A program made the translations under genes and the position numbers. 64,000 nt of DNA from Paraspadella gotoi. Lineage: Eukaryota; Animalia; Chaetognatha. Location of the stretch: assembly GCA_051294375.1 (NCBI GenBank), contig CM119269.1, positions 21,127,665-21,191,664 on the forward strand, given 5' to 3'. Below are positions 1 through 13,853 of the stretch, one piece after another; position 1 is the first letter of the stretch; each line of letters begins with the position of its first letter. The notes below the pieces were generated by a model that worked only from the letters and a program-made list of their open reading frames with translations, did not search any database and was not told the DNA's origin.

Positions 1-261
1 ACCAATCATACCTTCTTTCGTATAAATAGTAAATAAAGCATTAATTATCGTAAAATATATATATTTATATTGATATATATAATATATTATATTGGTTGTA
101 CCAATTTCATATATATATTATTGTCAATTTTTTCCGTCATATTCAATAATTGAGTTAGAATAGGTGAGCACGAAACACCGAGATTTACCCTGTATTTCTG
201 GCCAGAAAAAAAAGGAAAAAAAATTGTGGCGTACAAGTACAACGTCGATTCCGGTCCAAAC

Positions 262-2120
262 CTCGTTTTCGAATCGCTGCTTCCTCCTATTTTTGAGCAA
301 CTGCATCCTGAACTCGTTCCGCCCCTTCTCGTTGCTGAACTGCGCCGACAAAACACCCAACACGAGGTTCAGCATGAAGAAACTTCCCACGACGACGAGA
401 GGGAGGAAGAAGAGCCAGTTCCATCGGTTGCCGAGGGCGTCGTCGCACCAGTACATCACGTCCGTCCAGCCCTGAAGGGAGACGGAACAAGAATTCATCG
501 CTTGGCAAAATATACTTACAGATTTACTCTTCGGATATTCCCTTTCCGGACGTCGGTAACGTAATTTAGTGCAACGGTCTAACGGGTCATCTTTGAACCT
601 CAACAAAGAATGGCAATTCCAACCAAAGTGGCATTCGTTATTAGGTTGACAATTCACATTTGTATGAAATTGGTCGACCAATATAAAAATTATCCATTCA
701 TTTAATAAATAAGCTATCTTTAAGGACTCCATCACACTTGCAAGATAATAACATAACAGGTTTCTGCAAGCTTTTAATCAAGCCTCTCTCACAGACTTGT
801 TTATTCACTCCCAGTGAACCTGGCTTCCCTATCAATGAAGTGGTATAATATTTCAAAGAATGTTTCTTTTCTGTATTTATAAAGAATGGTATGGTATTTT
901 TACTCAATGAGTCACCGGGTCACAACTGAAGGTGTTATGCTTATAGACTACATACACGTCAAAAGCTAAGTATTAAGTACGACAAGATTAAAATGCGAGT
1001 AGAACGGACAAAGTGACTGACCGACACAAAAATGATTTATGAAAATGTGAGTAGAATATATATATATACTTATAAAATGTGAGTCGAACGGACAAACTGA
1101 CAGACCGACACAAAAATGACTTATGAAGTTGCACACTGAAAAGCGAGTATTGGGAGATCAGATAAAAACCCTGGAGAAAAAAAGTGCCATATGGAAAGAC
1201 CTCCATGGTGAAGCATTGGAAGACGGTGAGAAGGGCGTTGCCGATGTTGTCGAAGGAGGTGATGCCGAAGTTGGGCCCCGTCCATCCAGGTTGGCAAGAG
1301 GAGATGTTGCGTGGACAGATGTTCGCCCCTGATACGATTACAAGGGAAAACTTTTTTTTTTTAAATTAACTAGAAATTAACTAGAAACAAATAATAGATG
1401 ACTTTTGCTAGGGTGTTTTTATTTTAATAAAAAAAAGTTAATTGTTTTAAGAAAATGTCATCTGGAGTCAACTCTCCTCCTACAATTAAATTATCAATTG
1501 CTCAACATTAGCCCATGAGCTAATCGTTAAACGGTATTTGGTTTCCTTGATTCGCAACATCACCCGATGCCTCGTCGTTGTCGAATTCGCTCATGAAACA
1601 TGGCCGCTCCTCCATCAACTGATTTGAGACGCGACCTTCGAGGATCTTGAAGCATCCTTGATGGAACACCCCCATGTAGGACTCCATGCCCATGATGGCG
1701 AAGATGAGCGTCGCGAAAAGAATCAGCACTCCCACCTGAGGCGGGAAAACAGTACAATACCGGGTCTTTCGAGCAACTGAATTGTAATAAAGAGACGTGT
1801 CTCAATATTATAATATATTATTTAAAAGCTGAAAGCTAAGGACTTTAATATTGGAGTAATGAATGTCAAGACATTAACATACTAAAATGAAAGCTAAAAA
1901 CGTTAGAGAAGAAAAAAAAATTAGAGAAGAAAGGAAAAAATAGAGAAGAAAGGAAAAAATAGAGAAGAAAGGAAAAAATAGAGAAGAAAGAAAAATAGAG
2001 AAGAAAGAAAAATAGAGAAGAAAGAAAGAATAAAAAAGAATAAAAGAATAAAAGAAAGTATGAAAGAATGAATAAATGAATGAATGAAGAGAAAGAAAGA
2101 AAGAAAGAAAGAAAGAATGA

Positions 2121-2188
<68 letters not shown>

Positions 2189-3097
2189 AAAAAAGGAACG
2201 TTGTGCAAGATGGATCGACCTGCGCCAGCGGAATCGTCGCTCTTAAAATAGACGACATGACGACGTGTAACGAAGGAACTCCGCGGATGAGTTTGAAGAG
2301 TCGCAAGACGCGCAAGGCTCTCAGGGTCCGAAGGTTGACGGCGACGAGACCGGGAATGACGCCCATGACGCCGGTGACGACGACGACAAAGTCCAAGACG
2401 TTCCATCCGTTGCGAAGGTAAGATCCGGGATGAAGCAATAAGCCGAGGGCCAATACCTAAAATAACGGATTGCCGATGATTTGAAACCATTTGTCTTTGA
2501 GAATATTACCCACAAAGTTTTACTCTTTCATCCCTAAAACCAACCTTGACGATCAATTCGAAGCAAAAGATGACGAGAAAAACAATCTCCGCCACGTGCA
2601 AAGCCTCAGTCTGTTTCGCCGAAACTTCGTCGTTGTTGGGAAGATGTACCTGAGTAGAAGCGACCAAATTACGAATGGGTGATTGTAAACGTGGAATTAC
2701 TTGGCGGCCGGACAACTAGTAAAAATAAAATAAAATAATAAAAGAACAAAGATTGGCCACGCCTCACCTCTGCCATCATGACGACGCAATTGGCGAGAAT
2801 GGCGGCGAGAATGAGGAACTCGAACCACTTTGAGGCTGCGATTCGATTCGCGACCACGCCCACGCAGTTTACAGGCGAAAAGATGAAGAGCGCCCGCGGC
2901 GGCGCCTCCGTGTTGGACGCTGGGCGCTGCGGCGGCGGCGACGCCGTCAACGCCTCCAACCGACGCGCGAGTCCGATTCCGCGATGCTCGATCTCGGCGC
3001 GCGCCGATTGGGCGAAGGTCGTCGTCGGCGCCGGGTCGCGTTCGAACGCCGGGTGAGTGCCGGTTACCGGGCGGAAGGAGCGAGGGGAGCGTTTCAT
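262..3097 (-). CDS. Cav2: Voltage-gated calcium channel alpha-1 subunit, Cav2 (P/Q/N)-like; N-terminus and domain I, partial (continues beyond window start)
   Basis: Phase-consistent GT-AG exons 3097-2768, 2649-2545, 2456-2220, 1735-~1564, 1328-1201, 471-262. Encode [15 protein letters not shown] (IS1), [17 protein letters not shown]4 [15 protein letters not shown], pore [22 protein letters not shown]|GWTDVMYW (filter Glu) and IS6 [19 protein letters not shown], which is Cav2-type. Confidence 0.93.
1905..2195. repeat. Purine-rich (GAAA)n microsatellite in Cav intron
   Basis: GAAA and AGAGAAGAAAGGAAAAAAT tandem units. Confidence 0.95.
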
Positions 3098-6065
3098 GGT
3101 GAGGGTGGTGTTGTGGGGGCGGGGATAGTTAGATGACCGAGATCAATTGACACAGATGACAAAAAAAGTAATCGAACGTCGCTTTTCAAAAGAAAACGTT
3201 CTGGTGAGGTTCGAGTGAGTTGGATTGTGATCCCAGTCGACGCCCTTGGCCAGCGACCAATGTTGACTGCGACTTCCGCTTCAAATTTTTCTTTTTCTTT
3301 TTCATATTTTCGTGATTCGAATCTCTTTTCGAATCTTTCTCTGGGTCGTCCCTACGTTTAATCGCTCAAAAGTTACGCGATGTTTTTGTTGTTTTTGTGG
3401 CGTCTTTTATTTTGTACGAAAAAGTTAGGGGAGACAATTTTCTGTTAAAACATTCTCTTCTTCCTAACATCACAGGGTCCAACTCGTTTAATTCTAAAAG
3501 AGACGACAAAGAGGTTGTTTGTTTGTTTGTAATCCGGAGATCGTTTATTATCCAGAGATCCAGATAAAAAAAAAAAACATTAAAAACCCAGAAAATACAA
3601 GTACTTAGGATTTCCTTTGACTGATTTGGCAAATGCGGATTTTCGTTGTTTACCTTTTCATTGTGGGTCTGGCAGGCGCCTTTCTATACTTACCGCTCCC
3701 TGGAAAATCTTCGGGGAAAAAAAATTTGAGTGAAAACCAAGTCGACGACGACGACGACAATGGCAACGATGACAGTCACCACTACAATTTAAACGTTTAA
3801 ATCTTTGTTTGGCAAGAAAGCGATCGACAATTAGCGTCGAGATGACATCCCCTCAACACTGTGGTGACTGACATCGAGACAGAAACCAATTAATGAACAT
3901 TAGCGAGGAAAAAAAAAGTTGTGATCGACGGAGCTGGGGGCTGGTTGTCTTTTCGCCTCTTTTCGGTCTCCAGGCGAAACGTTTAAATTGACGAGCTCGG
4001 TCTTGTTGTATCGATTATTATCGATTATTATACGCTCTCTCACTACTCTCTCTCTCTCTCTCTCTCATTTTCTTTTCTCCGCTTTTCAGGGGTCGGACTC
4101 TTGAACGCCTCTGTCGTTTTCTAGACTAACTCGATTGAGTCGTGGGGTGTTTTTATTATTTCATTTCTTTTTAATTTCTTTCTCGCCGCCAGGGTTGTTA
4201 GAACTTCTTCTTTCCTGCGTTTTTCATTTCTTTATCTTCCAAAACGATCTTTCTTTTACGGCGGGAAATTGTTCGAGCATTTCTCGACTTCAAAATCCCC
4301 CGTTTCATTAAATTACTAAAAAATCTTAAGCGGAAAACAGGTTTTTTTTTTAATTATTTTTATTCTTTAGAGACAACATTAATGAGCAAACTGTGAAACA
4401 TAATGATAGAAGGACAATAAATAACTAATCATAAATAATATAAATGTAAAACTACGTAAAATGACACCGCATGCAATGTAATATTTTTTTACCCTGAATT
4501 TTTTCTTTCGATCGTTTTTTTTTTTTGTTTTTATTTTTTTAGTTTTCGTTTTTAGTTGTTTAGTTTTTTTTTTTTTGATTTTATTATTTTTTTTTTCAAG
4601 CTTTTATAGTTATATTTCGGAATCTCGACCGGTTGTCTTTTCCTCTTATCTAACCATCGTCACATTGCTCTTTTATCATTCGTTTTCCCATGTCTCGAGT
4701 TCACCCTTTATCTAATAAACCTATTAAAAAGAAAAAGGGCAACTTTTACTTTCGCTTCAGGGTCGTTCCACGTCGTTTGTACTCTGCCAAATCTCCTCTC
4801 ACTTAAAAAACAAGATACAGCAAAGAAACTCTGATACATAATTGGATTAAAGAAATCCTCTCTATTTTATAACTTAATCCTGCAGCAAATGAAAGCACGA
4901 AATGATTCACGCTTGATAAAAATCCGAACTCCAAAGTTTCCCGCTTTAATTTAATTTTCTTTCTCTTTTTTCTTTTTTTTTTTAAGGGGAAGGAGATATG
5001 ATTAGTTTTATTTAGTAAGGAAACAATTAACAAAGTATCCGAGAATTTTTTTTTTTCAACGCAATGTGCCGAAAAACTACTTTGATTCGGGAAAAAGCGA
5101 TTGAGAGTAATAAAAAAGTTATCAGTAAATATTGCAATCAAAGTTTTTTATTATTCAAAACCCAAACTTATTAGGATGAGTCACGTTTAGCAAAATGCTA
5201 GGTTCAAATACAAACAAGTAACAAAAAGTTCGTTTTAGTGAAGTTCACATAGTTTGTTTTTTTTCTGCGAGAGACAACGAAAATTTTTTACCTTGTTGGC
5301 AGTTATGAAATCTCTAAGATTTGGAAGGATCACAACGAAAGTTTATTTGCATAATCCTAGATTTTAGATTTCATTTTATTATTCTTAACTTAGCCTCAGT
5401 CTTAGGTTCTTATCTTGGAAAGAAATATTGCAAATGAATAAAATTTAAAGGTTACATTTTTGTATTATTAAAAAAATTCAATACAAACAATGTACATAGT
5501 AAAAGATACGTTACGAAAATGCAATTGTGGAATGTATATATGGGAATACATATATATATATATATGGGAAACGGGTGAGAGCGGCGACTCAGGAAATGTA
5601 CCCGATACAGCAACAATTGTATGTGAAAAAAAACTCTTCTATTATAGGTGACTCAGAATAAAACTTTTATTCCAAAACAAAAATTTCATTTTCTACAATT
5701 TTTTTTATTAAATTAAAAATTAAGGAAAGTAGTAATTAAATACTGGGATAAAACTAATTACTGTATAAAAATTTAATTCAGAGATCTTTTTAAGTTTAAT
5801 TTAGGTTTTTTTACTCAGATCTGGTTTCACACCTATTGTTACTTTGTTGCACATTGATAAGCTTCCACTCAAACATGCTTTTGCCAAATCTGGTTGCAAG
5901 CAAACCAGTTGAACCAATAGTTGCGTTCAATGATCGTTAAAAAACAGGATTTACGATTTGTCATTGGGAAACCGGTTCCGTAAATTTTAATGTTTTCATT
6001 CTCCGCACCATCCCTTCCTGATTTACCGAATTTTTTATCCCCTCTTTCTCAACAAAAATTGTAAA

Positions 6066-9000
6066 ATGTTTGCTCCTTCCGTCCGCTCCTTTTCCTTTAT
6101 CTTTTTCGGCGTCGCTTTCGTTGTCGTTGTCGCTAATAATTCAACGGAGTCTACTAACGCGACAACGCCAACGCCCACACCCACGCCCACGCCGTCGCCA
6201 ACGCAGCCCCCTCCTTGCGTTCTCAAGCAATGCTCCCTCAATTCCGACAACTGCACCGAAGTCAATGGTCAGGCGAAATGCAACTGCAAAGCTGGATACG
6301 AAGGGGACAGGTGTTTCGACGCAGAATTGCCAAAATGAGAAACTTTTTTAAAAATTTTACGAGTAGAATAAAAAATTTTATATTGGTTGTACCAATTTCA
6401 TACAATCCTTTGACGGTGTTGTGGCGAATCCTAAGTTCCCGATTCAATCCCCTCACGGTCACGCTGGTTAAAGTGTGATGGTGTCGGCATAAACACGCCA
6501 GTGACATGGGGTGGTCACAGCGAGCCCAAAGCCCTGAGCGCCAGCTGTATTGAGATGCCTCAAACCCCGGTCATCACACTTGTCTCTTCGTTGCCATAGT
6601 GTCACGATTCGTCATTCTCAGCTTACGCCGTAGCAACGGCTAAAGCTGGGTTACAAAACGAACTTCATACTAACTTTAGATCGACTCTCTCCAGCTCTAC
6701 GCGCGGGCGGAATAGAATGGGTGGGCTTAGGGACGAGCACGAAGTTTTTCAGAGCTCTTCTTCGAAAATAAAGCCCTTAAGCAATAAGCATTCCAGGCAT
6801 ATGTGTAATGCGCCGTGATACCTAACAACAAATTAGGCTCGCAAGACAAGAACAAACATCTTGGCTAATTCAAACTAATCCGTTCTGTATGGCACTGCGG
6901 GGCCGGATTGCCGGAAATTCCCGGGACAACTCGGTTGACGGCTCCTCCCACTGGCGCGGTTAAACCAGTTTCGTCACACTTTTCGGATGAAAGCGTGGGA
7001 ACAGTGATCGATCCCTGGCGCTGCTTTTCGAATCCTTTTTTTTTTTTTTTTTTGGTAATTTTTTTTCTTCCTCCGTTTAGATGTGAATTAGACATCAATG
7101 AATGCAATCCTGATCCCTGCAAAAATAGTGGCTCTTGTCAAAATGAAATCGCAAAATATACTTGTAAATGCCCGGACAATATATATGGACGAAACTGCGA
7201 CACCAGTAAGTGTATCAGTAGTCATTTGTAAGGCGAATTGTAAAAGATTAAACCCGATGAATTTTTAGTTGGGTGCGTAGCTAACATATGCAAAGGGCAA
7301 GGAACGTGCAATGAAAATGCTGATGGTAGTTTCAATTGTACATGCAACGAGGCCTTTGAAGGAGAAACTTGCGAGTTCGGTAAGGGATTTTTCTATCACT
7401 GTACTCCCGACGGCAAGATTGGTTAACATATATCACTCCAACACTTTCTTATTGCTGTTAGTCAAGCGTCCGTGTGATAGTCAGCCATGCCACAATAAGG
7501 GCAGCTGCGTAAAGACGGCCCCAGGGAAATTCCAATGTTACTGCGCTTCGCCTTGGGGTGGAACCCAGTGTGAAGCAAGTGAGTCAATGTCAATGACGAA
7601 GTATATTAAACGCATTAAGGGACGAGGTAAAATTTTTTTTAAAAGTTATCAGAAATTCATTTATAGTCCGATTTAATTACTTTTAATCAGAGTTAAATAG
7701 GGTCAAATAGTAAACGAGTTGCATCTGTTACGATCCAATGATGGTAAACAATAAATCCAAGCAAATCAATCAATATCGAGAAATTGGTATAACCAATATA
7801 AAAATTATCCATGTAATTTCTGGTAATTTTTAGAGGAGTGTCCGTTCGGGACGGGAATTATTCGCGTTCTGTATTTGGACAACGTTGAGCCCTTCGTATT
7901 TCGCAAAAAAGACGTGACTGTGAACGATACAGCAACTCTTGATACACTGGATGGATATTGCATCGATCTCTTCCGGTAAAATATTCATTTCAAAACTTTT
8001 TGTCGGGCCAGTCTTTATTTTTCATAGGAGAAAAACTTTTTAAGATATGATATATTTATGTACTACGGCGAAATATAAATAAAACATTTTAGAAGTAAAC
8101 AATAATATTAGTTCTAAACAAGTTGGTGCAAACAATGTCGGATCTGCCCTCGATAATTTAATGATGATCAGATGATAAATTATGATAAATCTTGTAATAT
8201 TTTTTTTAATTTAAATTTTAATATTTCTAATTTTTGGTCATTGATTGATGCAATGAGAGTCATTTATTTATGTTATTATAATCATTTAATGATGCAATTA
8301 TAATCAATAATTGATGGATGCAATGATATTATTTAATAATGCGATAATAACCATTCAATGATAATAATTATCCAATAATGCGATCATGGTCATTAATTGT
8401 TGCGATCATAATTATTTATTGATACGATGATAATCATTCAATGCGATTATTGATGCAATGATAGTGATTTAATGATGCGATAATAGTAGATGCAATGGTA
8501 TTCGATAAATGAAGGACACATCAGAAAGAGAGAGAGAGAGAGAGAGACATAACAAATCATAACAAATTTCTTAATAAATCAATAAAGGAATCTATAAATA
8601 AATCATTCAATCAACTGATCAATCAGTCAATCAATAATTATAACTGAGAGAAAGAGAGAGAGAGAAACTTTAAAATTTAAAAAGAATTCAAATTTTATAA
8701 ATGTGACATTTTTTTTTAACTCTTCCACTCATACGATTCCATGCAAACTTAATATCCAGCTCAATCACACACTTTCCTATATATATTTCATATTTTATAT
8801 TTCATCTCGATCCATCCATCCAATTCAAGTAAATATTATTTTACTTTATTTACTTTACTAATTTCCACTCGGACGATTCCATCGAAACTTTAAATCCAGC
8901 TTGATCATACAGTTTCCTACCGGCACACAAAATTTCATCTCAATTCATCCATATAATCACGAGTAATCACAAGTTTTTTGCTAAGGTGGGATGTACACTA

Positions 9001-12000
9001 AGACAGACAGACAGACTGATGGACGGGCAGACGGACATATTTTTTTTGGGCATAATTTATCATAATTTGATTATTTACCGACAAGCTTTTGGGGTGGGAC
9101 CGACGGACCGACAAAGTGGATTATAGAGTCGGAATCTGCAGACAAACAAATCTGATTAAAAAGAAATCGAAACCAAACGTTTATCGATCCCTGACGGTAT
9201 TATTCAAAAAGCGACTGAAGGTGACATGCTTATAGGCGGAATAAACTTTTTTGCAATGCTCGTCTTCAGGATGGAAATACAGACTTTGTTTTTTTAACAT
9301 ACAGAATAATGATGGAAGACTTAAACTGCCGCAATTACGATCTGAAAGCAGAAAAAGAGGCTGGGATTCATTTAGATGATGACACTTTTACCGGAATCTT
9401 TGGAAAGGTCCATTTCAATTTATTTATCCATGAAATTCCTTTTTTTTTATCTAAAAATTCGTTGTCATTTTGTTTTCAACATACCATTTTAAAATATTCA
9501 GTTGATCAACAACGAAGCGGACATGGCCATCGGCCCTCTCACCATCAACAAAGCCCGGGCGAATAAGGTGGACTTCACGCGGCCCTGGCAAACTCTCGGC
9601 ACAACAGCCCTCATGAAGCGACCCCAGCCTCAGCAGTTTTACTTCCAGTTCCTGCAGCCGTTCGGGTCCAGACTGTGGGGCTCTCTTGCGGGCGCCATGG
9701 TGTTCTCCGCTTTGTGTTATTGGATCATTGTCTTCTTGCAGAACAAACTATTAAGCAGTGAAGAGGAGGTAAGTGGCATCAATCAAGCAGTGACTCAATA
9801 TTCACTTATTCACATATTTTTTTTGTCCAAAATATGATGATAGTTTACATTTGTATGTATCATTTTGGTGGAGATAAACCTGGGTTTCGGGCAATGCTGG
9901 AGAGCTTGTTTGCTCGATTTCAAATTCTCCGCCGCATTGAAAGATAATTACGAAAGATGCGCGCTGATATGCGACGCCGAAATGAGCTCTTCGTCTCCTA
10001 GGCGACGCCCACCCGATGCCAAGCTGCTGTACGGTCGCTCAAAAGACGTCATCCCCGAATTTTTACTTCACGAGCGACGTCACGGTCACCCCTTACTTGC
10101 CGAGAGACAAGGACCGCATACTCTCAATAAGCAAATGATTCTCCGAACTCGGTAAAAAGAATTATGAGCAACTACGTAGAAGCCACAACTAAAAGAGATC
10201 TGCAAACTGAAGGTGGAGGAAGCAAGGGCCGTCACCTACAAGGCACATGCTAAACATGTCGAACCTACAAGGCACATTGCTGATCTCTCGTTCATCCCGT
10301 TCCTAGAGAGAAGCACCATCGCACTCCTCTGCGGAGAACTGCTCGTAACAGCCTCGTGTGACCTTGCACTGGCACAGACGTGGACAACAGCTGCTTGTTT
10401 CAAAGACCTTACATAAGGTTCAGGGGCAAAGCCTTCTTCCGTCATGCCATTTACCGCCAAATTGTGCAGACCTCAACACTGACAAGCTGCAACACCGCCT
10501 CCTATCTACATGCAACGCGGTATTTGCAAAACAAGATACGATGAAGTCATCCACAACTACTCAGAGATCTCCTCCGACCACCCTGGACCCGAGAGAGAGA
10601 GACCTGAAGATCCAATACCACAACTACCAGGCCAAAGTTCAAGACTTCAACAACAATAAGGACAAGTACAGACACGGCGCAACTTACTGAAGCATCAAAA
10701 AGCTCATAGGGAAAATGTCTGACTGGGAATGGTTAACTGACCGCCTGACTCGAATCCCACTGACAGGGTAAGGAGGGTCACAACGCAGGAGAATCAGCCT
10801 CACCCAAAAAAGAAACCGGAGGATCTGGTGATCGCCTCAGAAATGGAATCGCCGTTTCATGATTGGTCGAGGTGGTACCGGAATCGACCAATCAGCGTGC
10901 ACAATCAATGGAACCGTCAAAATAACTTTGGCCTCTGATCCTCTCCTTCAGATATAAATATAAATAAGCTTGTTTCAGTAGAATCGATCTGGACTCCTGC
11001 GTGTCTCACCGTAACTTTTTATCTCAGAATAAATCTCGATTTGATTTCGTCTTAGAAATCCATGAGTTTTTCCTTAAATGATATACTTAAGATATACTTT
11101 ATGATTATATTGGTTGTACCAATTTCTTATCATTTTAAACAAATTTTTAGAAATATCAAAACAGACCCAGAATTAAATTTAAACTCTTTTAAATGATCAA
11201 ATATAGGTCAAAAGAAACCATAATGAAAACAAAATGATAATAAGGAATTGTTTTTCAAATGACATACACATTGTCCAAAAGGAGGACAGAAAATAACGAA
11301 ACAAAATTGCTTAATAATTGTGTTCAGGTCAGATTCCTGGAATGTATTTGGCTGACGGTGACTGGCGTCTTGGGTCAGGGTCATGACCCGATGCCCGAGG
11401 GTCTGCCCATTCGTCTATTCAGCGTCGGATGGTGGATCCTCATCTTCATTGGTACCAATTGCTACGTGGCCAATCTCGCTGCTTTCATGACCGCCAATCA
11501 GATTACCTCCACGGTTAGCGACGTGGACGAATTGGTCAAAACCGACAAAATATGGGGATGGACCGAAACGGGTTGGTTTATAATTAAATTAGAAAATTCT
11601 CGAAACGCCTTTTTACTTGCGGATCTCTCACTATTTATAGGAGCCACTTTCGATTTCTTCGCCGAAACCACGGTTGAGCGAATTAAAAAGTTGCAAACAT
11701 CCGTGGACGCCCGTTGGGGGGGAGGCTCACTCTTTAGAGACGAGTGGGAGGCCCTTAACGCGGTTCAGAATCAATTATCGGTTGGAGGAGAAAAGCAGGA
11801 TTACGTCTATTTCGCCGACAGCCTCGAGCTTCTATATCACGCGCAGAAAAATTGTGATCTCATGGTCATTCCGGAAGTCATCAATGAGGTGCAGAATTCG
11901 CAGGGAAATGTTATTGTCTGGTGGCTCTTTAACCACAGACGCAGCGCCTCAGTGGAACAGAGGACTGAAGTACCATCCTTATTTCGAGCCTTAACGTGGC

Positions 12001-13853
12001 CAATCGGGTGAAGTGAAAGTTTGGAATCAAAATTTAGCAGTTATATCTTGAAAACTATCATATTAGTGAATACTAATCCGTAGTTTTTTTAAATTTTTTT
12101 ACGTATATTGTAGCCCAGTCAGCTCATTTTGTATATAGTACTACCCTAATATAATGTCCAAATTTTAAATTTTTTTTTCAAAATTATAAGAACAGATTCA
12201 GATTCCTCATGAAAAGTTGATAAAAGAAAATATAAATCTTTTTTCGAATATTATGTCATTTAGTAGGTTAAAATTACAAAAAACTATATTTTTAAGCTGG
12301 AAATTAAAAATCGGTATCTTAAATATAGTTTTTTACATTTTTGACCAACTTAATGAAATGATTTTCAAAAAAGAATTCTACTTTTTTATATCAACTTTTT
12401 GCAATGAATCCAAATCCATTCTTAAAAATTAAAAACTTGCATAAAAAATTTTAGCCTATTATATACTTATTTTTATATATAAATATTGCTAAATTTACTA
12501 AAATATTTTTATTAGTTTTTATTTTTATGTTCTATATGCTAAATTTAAATTTTATTATTTTCACATCACTCTAGTGGCCCATGTAGAAAGTGAGATGGGT
12601 GGGTTAGCTCGCCGTCATGCACGGGCCTGTCGCTAGATCCAAAGCTCAGGACTAGTACATGAACAATTAAACATTCTACCTCTCAATCGCCAAGTAGTGA
12701 ATACTGGTGATACCGCACAGGATATGGCGCCCTGTGAAACCAGCAGCTTCAATAGTTTTATTATTTATAGGTTTAATTTTTAAAGTTTCTCCCCGAGTCT
12801 GTTAAATGACTCGTGTATTTTTGACATCCTTTATTCATATTTCTGTTAGGATTAGCGAATAGTGAATTAGTGATTGGTAAATTCTCTTCTTTGTAGTTCG
12901 GATACGGTTTCGCACTAAGACGGGATCCGATCAATGACAATTTAGGAAAGGTAAGTAAAACTAAAACTTGATCCTTTTTCACCCAAGCTTGTGGGGTTAC
13001 ATACAAATTTGGGGGAAAAAACGGTTTTGTAAAATTGAAACTAAATTGAAACTTTATTTGGTGAATATTCTTGGACTATATTTTTATAAATAATACGTGT
13101 GCTAAAGATTAAATATTTTATACATATTATATTTATTTTATTTATTTATTGATTAAATTTACATAACTTTTTTTATCAAATTTCTAAACAGTTGATGAAA
13201 GTTCTCAACGAGGAAATTTTAAAATTGAGCGCCGAAGGTTTTTTCAAATCAGAAAGGAAAAAGTGGTTCAGCGACGAGCACTGTGGCGAACAGGTAAACA
13301 AACTCCTTTGGAGAAAAAAAACGTGCGGGTTGTGTTTTTTATTTCTTTAATATTATAATATTAATTAATATTGGTTCAAAATATTATTATATTACCTATT
13401 AGGTAATAAAATGACAATAAATGCTCTTTTGAAAAATGGTTCCTGAGCATTAAAAATAGTATGAGTTTCTCACATTCACGCATGAAACATTTTCATGTCA
13501 TACGCGCTTTGCAGGGTTGAGGCTCTCAAGTCCCTATAAAAGTATAATTCTATCATAATTTCGCATAGTTTTACTTTTAACATTTTTGAATTTTCTTATC
13601 CGAAGATAAAGAGACATTTGTTTCTTCTTTTTACTTTCTCGAACAACAGTCAGGAGGCGAGACCCACGTCGAAATGTGGGTGAGCGACTTCGCCGGCGTC
13701 TATTTCATTCTCATCGGTTTTCTCGTTATCTCACTGATTTCCCTCGCAATTTTGGCGTTGATCAAAACCTCCGACCTCTCCCGAGGGAACAGCGTTTCTA
13801 GCGACAGCAGTGCCAACAAATGCGAAGAAAAACAAAATAGCAACATCATTTGA
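6066..13853 (+). CDS. Ionotropic glutamate receptor-like channel with N-terminal signal peptide, Thr/Pro stalk and 4 EGF repeats in place of the ATD
   Basis: Exons 6066-6310, 7081-7205, 7269-7379, 7462-7578 (EGF), 7834-7975, 9305-9407, 9502-9768, 11328-11571, 11641-11888, 12897-12950, 13192-13293, 13650-13853; all GT-AG and phase matched. iGluR hallmarks: DGYCIDL, ADMAIGPLTINKAR..VDFTRP, FLQPF..LW (M1), GQG pore loop, CYVANLAAF (M3), FGYGFAL, KKWF...C, FAGVYFIL (M4). Confidence 0.88.
6410..6605 (+). mobile_element. SINE family B copy
   Basis: B-box-like TTCAATCCC then GGTCACGCT..GGCATAAACACGCCAGTGACATG..CGTTGCCATA; matches 50565-50726; relatives at ~15540-15712 and ~6885-7030 (-). Confidence 0.65.
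9862..11062 (+). mobile_element. Possible degenerate LTR-retroelement remnant in iGluR intron 7
   Basis: GC-richer insert; starts CA-TTT-TGGTGGAGAT (PBS-like), broken ORFs, purine tract then TG...CA segment (~10826-11062) with TATA and AATAAA; no matching 5' LTR or RT motifs. Confidence 0.3.

Noticed and set aside
1866-2490. Long ORFs with FFLS/KERK repeats
   Set aside because: Read-through of a (GAAA)n microsatellite in a Cav intron; only 2220-2456 is exon.
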